A stretch of 64,000 bases of DNA from Azolla caroliniana (GCA_043228905.1 JBHGNT010000015.1:19406001-19470000); one strand, 5' to 3'. Shown: positions 1 to 12,182, counted from the first letter of the stretch. Made by a program: numbers and translations. The notes: generated by a model not told the origin, from the sequence alone.

Positions 1-40
1 CAAACCCTAACAGGTCGTAAGAACAACAGACAGAGAAGTG

Positions 41-3000
41 ATGGATAGAGGAATGGCTAGCTCGCTCCCTGTGGAGAAACTCGACAGATCCAATTATGCA
101 TCTTGGTCGTACAAGATGCACCAGTACCTGCTTGGGCATGGCTACTGGAGTTTCGTCGAAGGAGCCAACGAAACAACACCTGATGCGGCACATAAGGATT
201 TCCCAATGTGGGAATAATCGCCAAGCAGAGTGATGTACTACTTTGCGTCCAGTGTCGGAGACCAGCTGTTGAGCCACATCCGAGACGCCAAGACGCCGAA
301 GGAGGCTTGGGGAAACCTGAAGAAGGTTTTCGCCGGGAGCACTACAGCCCGGAAGCTGCAACTCCGACAGGAGTTGAGCAATGTCCGACAGAAGGACATG
401 TCAATGGCGGATTACATGGCTCGGATCAAAGAGATCTGTGACTCGCTTGCCTCTATCAACGTTACCGTAGAGGAAGACGAGATGGTACAAGTCTGTCTTG
501 GGGGCCTGGCGTCTAAGTTCAGAGCGTTCCGAACGGCGGTATGTACAAGGGAGAATACGCTGTCATTTTTCGACTTACAATCGATGCTCCTTGTAGAGGA
601 GAACCACGCCGGTGCGTCAACTAGCGCACCTATTGACAACCGGATGTTGTACACAGAAGCGGATCGGTCCCGTGGGCGTGGTGGACGAGGCGGGTCGGCA
701 CGCAATGGAGGCGGCCGGCAAGACCAAGAACAAAGGCACAGAGAACGTGCCGACGGTAGTTTTGAACCCTCCGGGAGCAGGGGGAGTCATGGCGGCACCG
801 GAAAACAACAAGAGAAGATTGCAACGGAATGTTGGTATTGTGGCAAAAAGGGCCATAGAGAAAGCAAGTGTTGGAGAAAACGCGCCAATTCGGACAAATC
901 CGGATACAGCAAGGATGGCCGGCAAAGCTCGCACTATGCGAAGGGATCGAGAGGATCCAAGAACGGTAACGGGCCAGCCTTGGTGATGAAGCACGAGGCG
1001 AACTCGATGAAGAAGACCACTTCCAAATCGGAGGAAGTGTGGTATGTTGATTCCGGTACGTCGAACCACATGACGAGCCACAAAGGGTGGTTCTCCTTTT
1101 TGGAGAAACTAGATCAACTAGGAGTAGTCGAAACCGGAGATGACAATCCTCACCCAATCGTGCACGTTGGAGAAGTCCCTTTGAGCTACGTCGGACAGAA
1201 GGGGAAGCTGATGAACGTATTACACGTTCCGACAATCACGAAGAACCTGGTGTCGGTCAGACAGATCGTCAACCAAGGGATGTAGCACGTATACGCACCT
1301 CGGGTGCTTCATCGAGGAAGAGGGCCAGATTATTGCGCAATGGCGTACAGACGGGACGATGTTTATCCTTGACACCAATGACGTCGGCACTGCTCTGTTT
1401 GCAAAAGGACAAAAGGTTGAATCAGACATCGACCTGTGGCACAAGTGGATAGGCCACGTCAATTACCGGAGGCTTCAAGACCTGCAAACGAAACAAGTTG
1501 TTTTCGGCTTGCCGAAGTTCAGCGGTCGTAAGGCCCAAGTATGTGAAGCCTGCCAACTCGAGAAGCAACACCGGCTTCCATTCCCTACCGAACGTAACCG
1601 GAGCCGTAACAAGCTCAACCTTATCCATTCGGATGTGTGGGGACCGACACACATGGATCTACCTCATTGAGCGGAAGAGTGAAGTCTTCGAGTGTTTTCG
1701 GAGTCTCCAAAGCATGGTGGAACGAGAATCAGAGAGGAAGATCAAATGCCTGCGATCGGATGGTAGAAAATAATACTTTTCCGGCCAATTCAACAGTTAT
1801 CTGCAGCAAAAGGGAATTCGGCGAGAGTTCAGCTGCAGATACACACCGCAACAGAACGGTGTTGCCGAAAGGAAGAACTGGTCGCTTATTGATGCGGCAA
1901 GGGCAATGCTGGAGGAGAAGAGCATGCCCAAATTCTACTGGGCGAAGGCAGTCTGAACGGTTGTCTACATCCAGAATTGGATCGGTGACAAGGTGTCAGC
2001 TCACGAGCTGTATTTCGGGCACAAGCCGAATTTGAGACACCTTAAGATCTTCGGTAGCATTGCATATGTGCATGTACTGGATGAGAAGCGGAGGAAGCTG
2101 GATGCAAAATCGAAAAAATGCATCCTAGTCCCCCGGACAAAGAAGGTCCGAGTTAGTCGAGATGTCGAGTTCGATGAATCAGCATCGTGGTACTCTTTAC
2201 CGACTTCGACTTCCGAATCCGACCCGATGCCGGAGGATGAGGCTAGTGAGCATGAACCGGCTCAGGTAGATGATGATGAAGCGTGGACTCAAGATGAGAG
2301 TCCGGAATCGTTTCGGTTGAGCAGGCCGAACTAGAGACTGAGTCAATCTGACCAGTCCGATGAGGAACTGGCGAGTATTGGAGACTCTACCGTGCTCTCC
2401 CCGCGCAAGGAACCGAGGAGATGGTTCACGCGCAAAGAGAAAGGGAAGAAAAAGATGTCGGAATTCGAAACCGGCAACGATGAGTCGGATCGGTGTGCAT
2501 CTGACTCCGGCAAGGAGAAAGGCGGATTTCAGCAACGAAGATCGAACCGGCCAAGAAGGGCCTTAAACCGGGTAATGGTGAGTTACGCCGGTCCACCCGC
2601 CAGAAGGATCCCATCAAGCGGTACGGGTACAATGAGTACATGGCGCATCACTATGCGTACATGCCTAAGGTGGTGGAAGTGCGTGAGCCGGAGAGCTACA
2701 CAGAAGCGGCAAAGGACGCAAATTGGCATGCCGCTATGGAGGAAGAAATGCGGGCACTTGATGTCAACGAGACATGGGACCTAGTTGACCCTCCCCGTCA
2801 CTGTAAACCGATCGAATGCAAGTGGGTGTACAAGGTAAAGTACAACGCCGATGGTTCAGTTAACCGGTACAAGGCCCGGTTAGTGGCGAAGGGATACGCG
2901 TAGAACCACAGAATCAACTACGACGAGACCTTCACTTCAGTAGCAAAGATGACGAGGGTTCGTGTGGTGCTGGCGGTTGCTGCAACAAGGGGGTGGCATC

Positions 3001-5026
3001 TTCACCAGATGGATGTGAAGAATGTGTTTCTTCATGGTGATCTTGAAGAAGAAGTCTTTATGACTCAACCCCCCGGTTTTCAATCGGAGATGAACAAGTC
3101 GGCGGTATGCCGGCTGAAGAAGTCGTTGTACGGCCTAAAGCAAGCCTCTCAAGCTTGGAATGCGAAGATCACGCACCAGTTGCGTAAGATGGGGTTTGTG
3201 GCCTCCAAGTCCGACTCTTCGTTGTTCATTCGGCAAGGCTCAACCGGTCCAGTATGTATCCTGATGATTTAGTCATCATCGGATCGGGTCTTCCAGAAGT
3301 CAACCGCGTCAAGTCCCAGTTGTCGGACGCATTTGAGATGAAGGACCCGGGGGACCTTCATTATTTTCTTGGGATCGAGGTGATCTAAACCCCCGACGAC
3401 ATATTGCTCTCACAATGACATTACGTCTTGAATATGTTGTACAAGTTCGGCATGACAGAATGTCGACCTGTCTCCACACCCTTGGACCGGAGCCAGAAGC
3501 TTCGTCCCAACTCCAGACCGGCCTACAACGAGAAACAATTCTGACAAATTGTCGGAAGCCTTATTTACTTGACTATCACGCGACCTGACATCAGCTATCT
3601 GGTCGGAATGATAAGTCAATTCATGCAGAAGCCGACAGTGGAGCACCTTCAGTGAGCACAACGGATACTGCGATATGTAAGCGGCACGAAGGACCGGGGA
3701 CTGTTATACTGGCGAGGTATAACTGAATAGCTAGTCGGTTACACGAATGCCGACTGGGCCGGTGATGCGTCGGATCGCAGATCCACTTCCGGTTTTATGT
3801 TTTCCCTTGGGAGCGCAACTGTTGCATGGAGTAACAAAAAGCAACCAACAGTGGCTCTGTCAAGCACTGAGGCTGAGTACCGGGGCGCGATCGTTGCCAC
3901 CTGCGAAGCCATTTGGCTTCGGCGACTGCATCGAGACTTGCGGATCGAGGTACCGACCCCGATCCCGATTTATTGTGATAACATCAGCAGCATGCAGCTC
4001 GCCAAGAACCTTGTGTTCCATGCTCGCATGAAGCACATAGAAGTGCATTATCACTTTGTGCGTGAGCAGGTCCTGAGCAGTGAAGTTGAACTACAGTATG
4101 TTCACACAGATCGGCAAATTGCTGACATCTTCACCAAGCCGCTCGGATCGGACAAGTTGCAGAACTTTACCGACATGCTTGGTGTTCGGCATCTCGACGT
4201 GCCGCACTTGAGGGGGGGAAGAAGGGGCAAAGACACCGCCGGAACGGGCAAAGGCAAAGAAACTGTTGCCGACACCAATAAGGGAAGAACCGGAAGAGGG
4301 GGAGACAAGGAGGAAAAAGAAGCCGAGTCGACGAAGAAAGTCGGCACGTCCGAACAAGTCGGAATGAGCGGCAGTGGTGGCAAGGTCAAGGAGGACTGAG
4401 CCAACCGGAAAGAAGAAGTGTGCACGTAGGAAGAAAAGTGCATACTATGTGGAGTTAATCATTATCATCACGACGACAGTGACCGAGATACGGAGTCGAA
4501 TGAAGAATTCGACTTCGGTGAACCGGCTGAAGAAGTTGAGGATGGAAGCAAGGCCAAGACCCGGACGTGGTCTGATGTGGTGAAGGGCCTTAAACCGAAA
4601 GACGAGTCGGAGGATACCGACTCGGACAAGAGCTGGAATGAGTCAGGAGTGACCGATTCGGAAAAGAGCTGGAACGAATTGGAGACAGCCGATTCAGATC
4701 AACAGACGGATCCGGATGAACCGAATCAACTAGAGGCCAAGCAGACACGGATGCAACGGAAGTTGATGCCATCGCAGAGGAACCGACGGATCGGCAAGCG
4801 CTAGAGTCATAACAACGAAGGAGTTGAGAGGGGCCTATTGAGCAAACATGCCGATCGAGAAGGTCGAGGAGCGCAGAACCAAAAGGGTCATGACAAACGG
4901 GACCGGACCGGACGAGGAGCGCGAGCAAGGCGGAGCGACGCCAGGAGAAGTCGGTTGGAAGAACTGATTGCCACAGAGGCTGACACTAGGATCCAACCTC
5001 AAGTTGAGCTTGAGGGGGAGTGTTGA
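41..5026 (+). pseudogene. copia gag-pol polyprotein, disrupted
   Basis: ATG at 41 is in frame with ORF 230-1285. Premature stops include 215, 1283, 2901, 4397 and 4802. There are frameshifts and deletions in integrase, and the RT YVDD motif is destroyed (~3262-3272). Confidence 0.93.
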
Positions 5027-5446
5027 GCAGCAAGCTCAACTGGAGCCGGATCGGCTGGATAAGCCTGAGCCGGTGTGTGAGACAGATCGGTAAGTCGATG
5101 AGCAACGGAGCCGACAAGCAACGGAGCCGGTGAGTTGGGGAGCCGGTTTACCGGATCCAATCGGTAACCGGAAGCCTAGTATTAGTTTAGACTACTAGGC
5201 AGTTATAGTCTCGTAGTAAGTGTCAGATGCTCGTGTGAGCATTGAAGTACGCGGTACTTTTGTCTGTCCCACGAGGACTTGTATAAATAGTGCTACTGAG
5301 CATAGTTGTAAGAACAGAGAGTGTTTATATTGTTTTGAATATAGCTTTTACGTTCTGCTCTCTCTGTCTCTCCTGTGTACTCTGTGTATTCTCTGCTTTC
5401 TCTGTTTTCTAACGCTTCCGCAAGTAATCGTTTACAAAAACCAACA
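5021..5446 (+). mobile_element. 3' LTR of the copia element
   Basis: Starts TGTTG directly after the purine tract TGAGGGGGAG and ends CAACA (perfect 5-bp terminal inverted repeat). Has a GC-rich GAGCCGG-repeat 5' part, TATAAATA at ~5282 and a CT-rich 3' part. Confidence 0.85.
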
Positions 5447-6067
5447 ATGGTTTTAGAAAAAAAGGAGACGGAGGCACATTTGCTATACGTCATGTATGTT
5501 TCTTAGGGATGTATGCATGAATGAATGAATGTATGTATATATGTATGTATGTACACTCATGTCTATTTGCTACCAACTCATAATGATGCTTGGCAAGGGA
5601 ATCGTGGCCATGAGCGATGCAAAGCACGTTTCCGAGGGCGTGTGTGTGATTTGCACCGTCATATCTTTATCTAAAAAATGTGTGCCATTATAAAATACAA
5701 CTTTGGTAGCCCAACTCTCATTGCAGTAGCCTGACCGGCTCAAAGCAATAGCCCGACCGACTCAAGGCAGTAGTAACCTGACTCCAGCAATGGCCCGACT
5801 CAAATCGATTGAAATTTGTGCCGAGTTTCAAAGACTTCAAAAAAAAAAAACCTGACATCAAAATCAACTAGAGAGCATATACCCACATCCAAAACAATGG
5901 TTATGTCGTTACGGTGAGATCTTCAAAGCAAAGCTTCAAATGTTTTCTGGAAGGATTTACGAGGAGAGTTCCTAGGGTCTTCAGAAACGTTATGAGTCCA
6001 ATAATGATGAGATCTCCTTGCAAATGTTTTTGAAGAATTTAAGAGAGTTCCCATGATATCTAAAACA

Positions 6068-6250
6068 TAACCCAAAACCTCCTTTTGCTTTCTGAAAATG
6101 TGAGGGGTATTCTAGTAAATATCAACAAACCCAAAACCTCCTCTTGCTTTCTTGAAAATGTGAGGGGTATTCTAGTAAATATCAACAAACCCAAAACCTC
6201 CTCTGCTTTATGAAAATGTGAGGGGTATTCTCGTAAATATCAACAAACTT
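6068..6250. repeat. Tandem repeat, 3 x ~59 bp
   Basis: Unit CCCAAAACCTCCTCTTGCTTTCTGAAAATGTGAGGGGTATTCTAGTAAATATCAACAAA at ~6071, ~6130 and ~6190. Confidence 0.95.
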
Positions 6251-7029
6251 TGGCTGCCCCGGAAATCATTCCTCCTCTGCTTCCTCTGTTTCAAGCAAAT
6301 CAGAGCGAAGAAGATGCGAAGTAGCGCGAAGAAATTGAAGCCCTCGGCCATTCCATGAACGAGAAGATTCCTCTTTTTGCGAGAAAATCAAGCTTGCCAT
6401 GGACAAACACTGCAAATCTGATGTTCTCCATCAAAGGATGCATATGGTGTGGAAGGATGTCTTCAAAGATCCTTCCCAATTATACTACGGAGAAAATTGT
6501 GGTATGAAGGTGAGAACTTTATCCACTCTAAAAATCTTTTTGCGTATGAGGTAAGAGTCAGCGTCAGCGTCAGAGTCAGAGTAAAAGAAAAGCGAAGTGA
6601 AGAGAATAATACACGAGAGAGAAAGCGAGGGATTAAGCTTGATAGGTTTAGTGGTAAAGTTTGTGCTTTGTAACATTAAGATTCAAGTCTCGAGATCCAT
6701 GCATTTGATATGCATCCATATGGGAACAGGTCTGAAATACCTGCACTTTTATCTTTAGTTCCCCCAATGTAAATTTTTGTTATTTATCCAGATGCAAGGG
6801 AACCCTTGAAAGAGAGAAAAGAAGCGGCCAAATTGATCATATGATTGCTCAAATGCACATTCTTTTTATGAAAAAGGTGATGAATTTACCTTATAATTGT
6901 TTAAATAGGTCATAGATTGCTTGAGAGGAGGTCAACCAAGGGCATTTTCAGGAATAGTAAAAACTTAGGAGAATTTCAGTAAATAAAGAAGAATTGGTTA
7001 TTTCCCTAGTTTACCCCTATATATGTATA

Positions 7030-8750
7030 TTCGGGAATGTGTGTGTGTCTGAGAGAGAGGGAGAGAGAGAAGAACGAAAGAAATATTAATGTCTTGTAAG
7101 AGGCCAAAATGGTTTATAAGGCCAAACAAGAGATTACACCTTAAGTGTTCTCTTGTCATTGAGAACCACAAACCAAAATAAATGTTGCTAAAGTAAAAAA
7201 AAGAAAGTAAATCTGATAAAAAGTGACGAAAGAATCTTGTTATCAGTACATGTAACATTCTCAAGTTAAATATATTGTAATTTTTGTCTTCGAATGATCT
7301 CTAGCATAGTTCAATCCAGAATAGAGAGGTCTCCGAAGCAAGAGAAGCACTTGCAATAGTGGCGGATAATGGTCTTTATTTGTTGATGACAAGGATGGTG
7401 AGATAGTGGTCCATTAGGCCAGGACCTACGTGCATGGAAAATTGCTATTGCCCGATTTATTGTAACCCCTTATGTTATGTTGTGGTTGGGAGCCCATTTG
7501 TGTAGCCCTTAATTGACTTGTAGCACGAGTGATGGGGCTAAAGAAAGTTGTGATTATTCTTTGTTGATGAGCTCGTGTGGCTGTTTTTTCGTCCCACAAC
7601 AACTTTTCCATGTGTCTCTGGAGTTCTAGCGAGAAAAGCCCCAATCAATGTTGGTTCTCATATTCCATTACCCTGTGTAGTGGGCCAAAGCCTCACATAA
7701 AGAATAAAGAGGCAATGCTATCTCCCTTTTATTTCATAAAAAATAATATAGTGACAAACATAATGTTCTTCATATTTCACTCCCTAATGACACATTGCCT
7801 TGATTAAAGAGGCAATTCCTTCTTCTAGATGTATTTTTGCATATCTGCATATCTGCATACCTCAATATCTAGCTGATGTGATAGTAAAACTCTAGGTTTT
7901 GTAAGTTCCATGATAATGATATTAATGCGTGAGATGGCTATCCAGTTGATAATGATTTTGAGATGGTACTATGAATGGGATGAGTTGTGATGAAGGGATA
8001 TGGCATCTGATGTTGGTTGGTGTGATGGAGTGAGGCTATAACAAAGTTCATTGATTGCACGTTGAATAGAGGTCTCAAGAGGGTTCTTTCGGTTGGATAG
8101 TCCCAATCTGCTGTGGAACCGGAAAGGACACTGCGAGGCTTGTTCAATTATAAGGATCAATCGTGTCTGGTGTCCACAAACAGATTGGACATGGTGAGCA
8201 AGAATCTCTGTGTGCTGCTATGGCCCATTTGCATTACTGTTCATTCACTCTTGGTTTCCATTATCATTGGCACTATTCCAGTTGCTCAATGGTGACTCCA
8301 TCTGCTAACGTCGAATAGAGGCCTCAAGGGTTCTTTTGGTTGGATAGTCCTGAGCTGCGGTAGAACCAGAAAGGACACTGCGAGGATTGTTCAATTATAA
8401 GGATCTATCCTGTCTGTTGTCCACAAACAGATTGGACATGGTGAGCAAGAATCTCCATGTGCTGCTATGGCCCATTTGCATTACTGTTCATTCACTCTTG
8501 GTCTCCATTATCATTGGCACTATTCTGGTTGCTCAATGGTGACTCTGTCTGCTAAAATAAGTGCTGAATCCCCATGCTTTTGAAGCTCTTGCAAGCCTCA
8601 GATAAAATGACCAGGTCAGCCTTCTCCATCATCCGTTGAATGGTGGTGTACGTTGTGATGATTGTGGCATGTATCTCTTTAATGTGCTTGTAAGCTGGTC
8701 ATTTGCACACAAAGGGTTCCTCGCTCTCATCCTTCCCTTGAGTATTGGGT
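7030..8750 (-). mobile_element. 5'-truncated LINE (ORF2 C-terminal end plus long 3' UTR) with an internal ~250-bp tandem duplication (8060-8553)
   Basis: Several blocks are reverse-complement homologous to 33400-34470 (e.g. GGCCATTTTGGCCTCTTA and CTTCGGAGACCT). The minus strand near 8700 reads ESEEPFVCK*PAYKHIK, matching the LINE zinc-knuckle end at ~33400. Confidence 0.75.
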
Positions 8751-9080
8751 TGTATGGTACAAGTATGAGAAAGGGCTCTTGTTTGATGGTCTCCATGAAG
8801 GTACATAAATAGGTTCATATGCTGAAAGGAAAATTGATTTGATAAATCTTGCAACTGAGACCTGTGGGCACCTTGCCCACACAGTAGTTACCTTTAGGTC
8901 ACTTAATCTTATAATATGGTAGAGAGTTTACCTTGCCATAAAGATGTTCGGGTTTTTGTATCCTTGCGTTTTTTAATATATATACTACTTTAATGGAAAA
9001 AGAAAAAAAAGAAAGAAATGAGGACCTTTTTCGTTGTTTTGACATAGAATGGCTTCAGATTGCCAGAAATTACACACAAG

Positions 9081-12000
9081 ATGGCTAATGATTCTTTGAG
9101 CATGGATAGATGCCACAGTCCCTCTTGGATTTGTGAAGAATTGAGAAGGAGAGAGTTTGTGCTATTGCGACATGGACTAAAGCAAAACCATCTCAAGGAA
9201 GATGCAAGATATCTTCCCTTACTCAAGGATTGTGTCAAGAATAAGGATATTTACAAAGGTATGAGATTACATGCAGATATAATGAGAAAGGATTTGATTA
9301 CAAAGAACCCTTATTTGGCTAGTACCTTAATTAGTATGTATGCCAAATGTGGTATGCTTGTAAAAGCACAACATGTGCTTGAAGAGATTCCAATTCGTGA
9401 TTCTGTGTCTTGGAATGCACTAATAACAGGGTATGTACAAAAGGGGCAAGGCCATGAAGCACTAAATTGTTTTGAAATGATGCAAAGTGAGGGTGTCTCA
9501 CCAGATGCAGTTACTTTCATTTGCATCTTGAAAGCTTGTGGTCAAATTGGAGCTATTCAGAAGGGCAAACAAATTCATGATGAAATTGTTAGTAGGGACC
9601 TTCTAGAGAAGGATGTTGTGCTTGGTACTGCTTTGGTGGATATGTATGCGAAAAGTGGTTTGCTTTCAAAGGCTTATCAGGTGCTTAAAGAGCTTCCCAT
9701 TCGAAATGTAGTGTCTTGGAATGCTTTGATTGCAGGATATTCCCAACAAGGGCAAGCCCATGATGCAATAATGTGCTTTGAATGCATGTTAAGTGAGAGG
9801 TTCTACCCAGATCTTGTCACTTTCACTTGTATTTTGAAGGCATGTGGTAGCATTGGTGCTATTGAAAAGGGCAAGAGAATTCATGATGAAATCATGAGTA
9901 GAGACCTCTTACAAAAAGATATTGTGATTGGAAATGCATTGGTGGATATGTATGCAAAATGTGGTGTGATCACAAGAGCGCATCAAGTGCTCAGAGAGCT
10001 TACTCTTCGAGACATAGTTTCTTGGAATGCTCTAATTGCAGGGTATACCGATGAAGGGCAAGGTGATGAAGCACTAAAGTGTTTTGACCGAATACAATGT
10101 GAGAGTCTCTCCCCTGATCCAGTAACATTCATTTGCATATTAAAGGCTTGTGGTATTGTGCGATCTATAGAGAAAGGCAAACGAATCCATGAACAAATTG
10201 TGGGTGGGGGCTTTCTAGAGAAGGAGGCTGTGCTTGGGACTTCTTTGGTGAATATGTATGCTAAATGTGGCATGCTTTCGAAAGCACAACGAGTGCTTGA
10301 AAATCTCACTTCGAGAAATGTAGTCTGTTGGAATGCATTAGTGACAGGGTATGCCCAAGAGGGACATGATCATGAAGCATTGAACTGTCTTGAAAGGATG
10401 CAAAGTGAAGGGGTCTCTCCAGATTCAGTTACCTTCATTTGTATCCTCCGGTCCTGTGGGAGTATAGGGGCTATAGACAAAGGCAAACAAATCCACGACA
10501 AGATTGTGAGTATGGGCTTGTTGGAGAAAGACATTATGCTTGGAAATACTTTGGTGGATATGTATGCAAAATGTGGTTTGCTCACTAAAGCACATGAGGT
10601 TCTTTTAGAGCTTCCAGCTCGAGATATAGTCTCTTGGAATGCTTTAATTTCAGGATATGTGCAACACAGGCGAGACCACGAGGCACTAGAATCATTTGAA
10701 AAGATGCAAAGTGATGGACTCTCTCCTGATGAAGTAACTTTCACTTGCATCTTGAAGTCTTGTGGGAGCACAGGGGCTATAGACAAGGGCAAGCAAATTC
10801 ATGAGAAGATTGTGGGTAAAGGATTACTGGAAAAGGATATTGGCCTTGGAAATGCACTTGTGGATATGTTTGCCAAATGTGGCATGCTTTCAAAAGCACA
10901 TGAACTCCTTGAAGAGCTTCCTGTTCGTAGTGTAGTATCATGGTGTGCATTAATTTCAGGTCATGTTCAACAGGGGCAATATAATGTAGCCCTGAATTGT
11001 TTTGAACAAATGCAAAGGGAGGGCTTCTCTCTGGATCCCATCACATGTATTTGTATTTTGAATGCTTGTGCTAACACAGGAGATATAGATAAAGGCAAAC
11101 AAATACATGATGATATTGTAACCAGGGGCTTGATGGAGAATGATATTGTGATTGGTACTGCTTTAGTGGATATGTATGCCAAATGTGGGGCACCCACTGA
11201 TGCTGAAAAGATACTCCAAGGCCTTCCTATTCGGGATATAGTTTGTTGGAATGCACTAATTTGTGCTTATGCCCAACAAGGTCGATGCCAAGAAGCATTG
11301 AATTGTTTTGAGTGCATGAGAAATGAGTTCATTGATCCAGATGCAGTCACTTTCATTTCCATACTTAATGCATGTGCTAGCATGGGAGCTATAAACAAGG
11401 GCAAACAAATCCATGAAGAGATTGTGAATAGATGCTTATTGAAGGATGATATAATGCTCGGTAATGCATTGGTTGATATGTATGCCAAATGTGGTGAGCT
11501 AGCAAAAGCAAGAAACGTGCTTGACGAGCTTCCCTCGCGGGATGTGATAACATGGAATGCACTTATTTCTGGTTATTCACAAAAAGGATGGGGTCAGGAA
11601 GCATTGGATTGTATTGAATGTATGCAGAGTGAGGGCCTTTCTCCGGATGAGGTTACTTGCCTATGTGTTTTAAGTGCATGTAGCCACCGAGGATTATTGG
11701 ATGAGGCACAAACAGTCTTTGCCAATATGACAAAAAAATATGGTATTGCTCCAAAGTTAGAGCACCATACTTGCATGCTTTTGGTTCTTGGATGTGCTGG
11801 CCACTTTGACGAGGCAATCTCGGTGATAAAAGTAATGCCATCTTCAGATTATCCTGCAGTTTGGCTTACACTATTGAGTGGGTGTAGGAAATGGGGGAAT
11901 GTGAAGCTCGGGGGATTGGCTTTTGATCAAGTGGTACAACTAGATAGTAGCTATGCTGCGGCTTATATCCTTATGGCCGATATTTTCAGGGCGGCTGGTA

Positions 12001-12089
12001 TGCAAAAAGATGCTGAGAATGTTGAAATGATGAGATTGAAATACGGGCACATGGCGAATGGTATCACTCATGTGTTTGATGGATCATGA
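9081..12089 (+). CDS. PLS-class pentatricopeptide repeat protein with E1/E2 region and no DYW domain (organellar RNA-editing factor type)
   Basis: Single ~1000-aa ORF with 8 repeats of the ~102-aa P-L-S triplet (VSWNALIxGY / VTFxCILKACG / ALVDMYAKCG). These are followed by VLSACSHRGLLDE, EHHTCML, VWLTLLSGCRKWG and AAYILMADI, then a stop. The true start may need an upstream exon (acceptor AG at 9046-9047; candidate donor GAG|GTAAGA at 6550). Confidence 0.95.
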   Translation: MANDSLSMDRCHSPSWICEELRRREFVLLRHGLKQNHLKEDARYLPLLKDCVKNKDIYKGMRLHADIMRKDLITKNPYLASTLISMYAKCGMLVKAQHVLEEIPIRDSVSWNALITGYVQKGQGHEALNCFEMMQSEGVSPDAVTFICILKACGQIGAIQKGKQIHDEIVSRDLLEKDVVLGTALVDMYAKSGLLSKAYQVLKELPIRNVVSWNALIAGYSQQGQAHDAIMCFECMLSERFYPDLVTFTCILKACGSIGAIEKGKRIHDEIMSRDLLQKDIVIGNALVDMYAKCGVITRAHQVLRELTLRDIVSWNALIAGYTDEGQGDEALKCFDRIQCESLSPDPVTFICILKACGIVRSIEKGKRIHEQIVGGGFLEKEAVLGTSLVNMYAKCGMLSKAQRVLENLTSRNVVCWNALVTGYAQEGHDHEALNCLERMQSEGVSPDSVTFICILRSCGSIGAIDKGKQIHDKIVSMGLLEKDIMLGNTLVDMYAKCGLLTKAHEVLLELPARDIVSWNALISGYVQHRRDHEALESFEKMQSDGLSPDEVTFTCILKSCGSTGAIDKGKQIHEKIVGKGLLEKDIGLGNALVDMFAKCGMLSKAHELLEELPVRSVVSWCALISGHVQQGQYNVALNCFEQMQREGFSLDPITCICILNACANTGDIDKGKQIHDDIVTRGLMENDIVIGTALVDMYAKCGAPTDAEKILQGLPIRDIVCWNALICAYAQQGRCQEALNCFECMRNEFIDPDAVTFISILNACASMGAINKGKQIHEEIVNRCLLKDDIMLGNALVDMYAKCGELAKARNVLDELPSRDVITWNALISGYSQKGWGQEALDCIECMQSEGLSPDEVTCLCVLSACSHRGLLDEAQTVFANMTKKYGIAPKLEHHTCMLLVLGCAGHFDEAISVIKVMPSSDYPAVWLTLLSGCRKWGNVKLGGLAFDQVVQLDSSYAAAYILMADIFRAAGMQKDAENVEMMRLKYGHMANGITHVFDGS

Positions 12090-12151
12090 CCGAAGTGAGA
12101 ACGTTCATTCATTTTCATTAGATTGGGTTATTGAAAGAGCTTCAAACATAT

Positions 12152-12182
<31 letters not shown>

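Larger units (their letters stand above)
1..5446 (+). mobile_element. Ty1/copia LTR retrotransposon, decayed; 5' LTR lies outside the window
   Basis: Domain order is gag, protease, integrase, RT, RNase H. Motifs: gag EKLDRSNYASW, UBN2-like region and CWYCGKKGHRESKC zinc knuckle; protease WYVDSGTSNHMT; GAG-pre-integrase LWHKWIGH..CEACQLEKQHR; integrase IHSDVWGP, IKCLRSDG, TPQQNGVAER; [43 protein letters not shown]; RNase [41 protein letters not shown] at 5011-5020, then the LTR. Confidence 0.97.

Noticed and set aside
4208-4219. LRGG as a ubiquitin-like C-terminal cleavage motif
   Set aside because: LRGG is the usual translation of the copia polypurine tract at the end of RNase H, and there is no ubiquitin fold upstream.
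9311-11841. Repeated antisense ORFs within the PPR gene
   Set aside because: They are shadows of the repetitive sense ORF with no independent coding signal.
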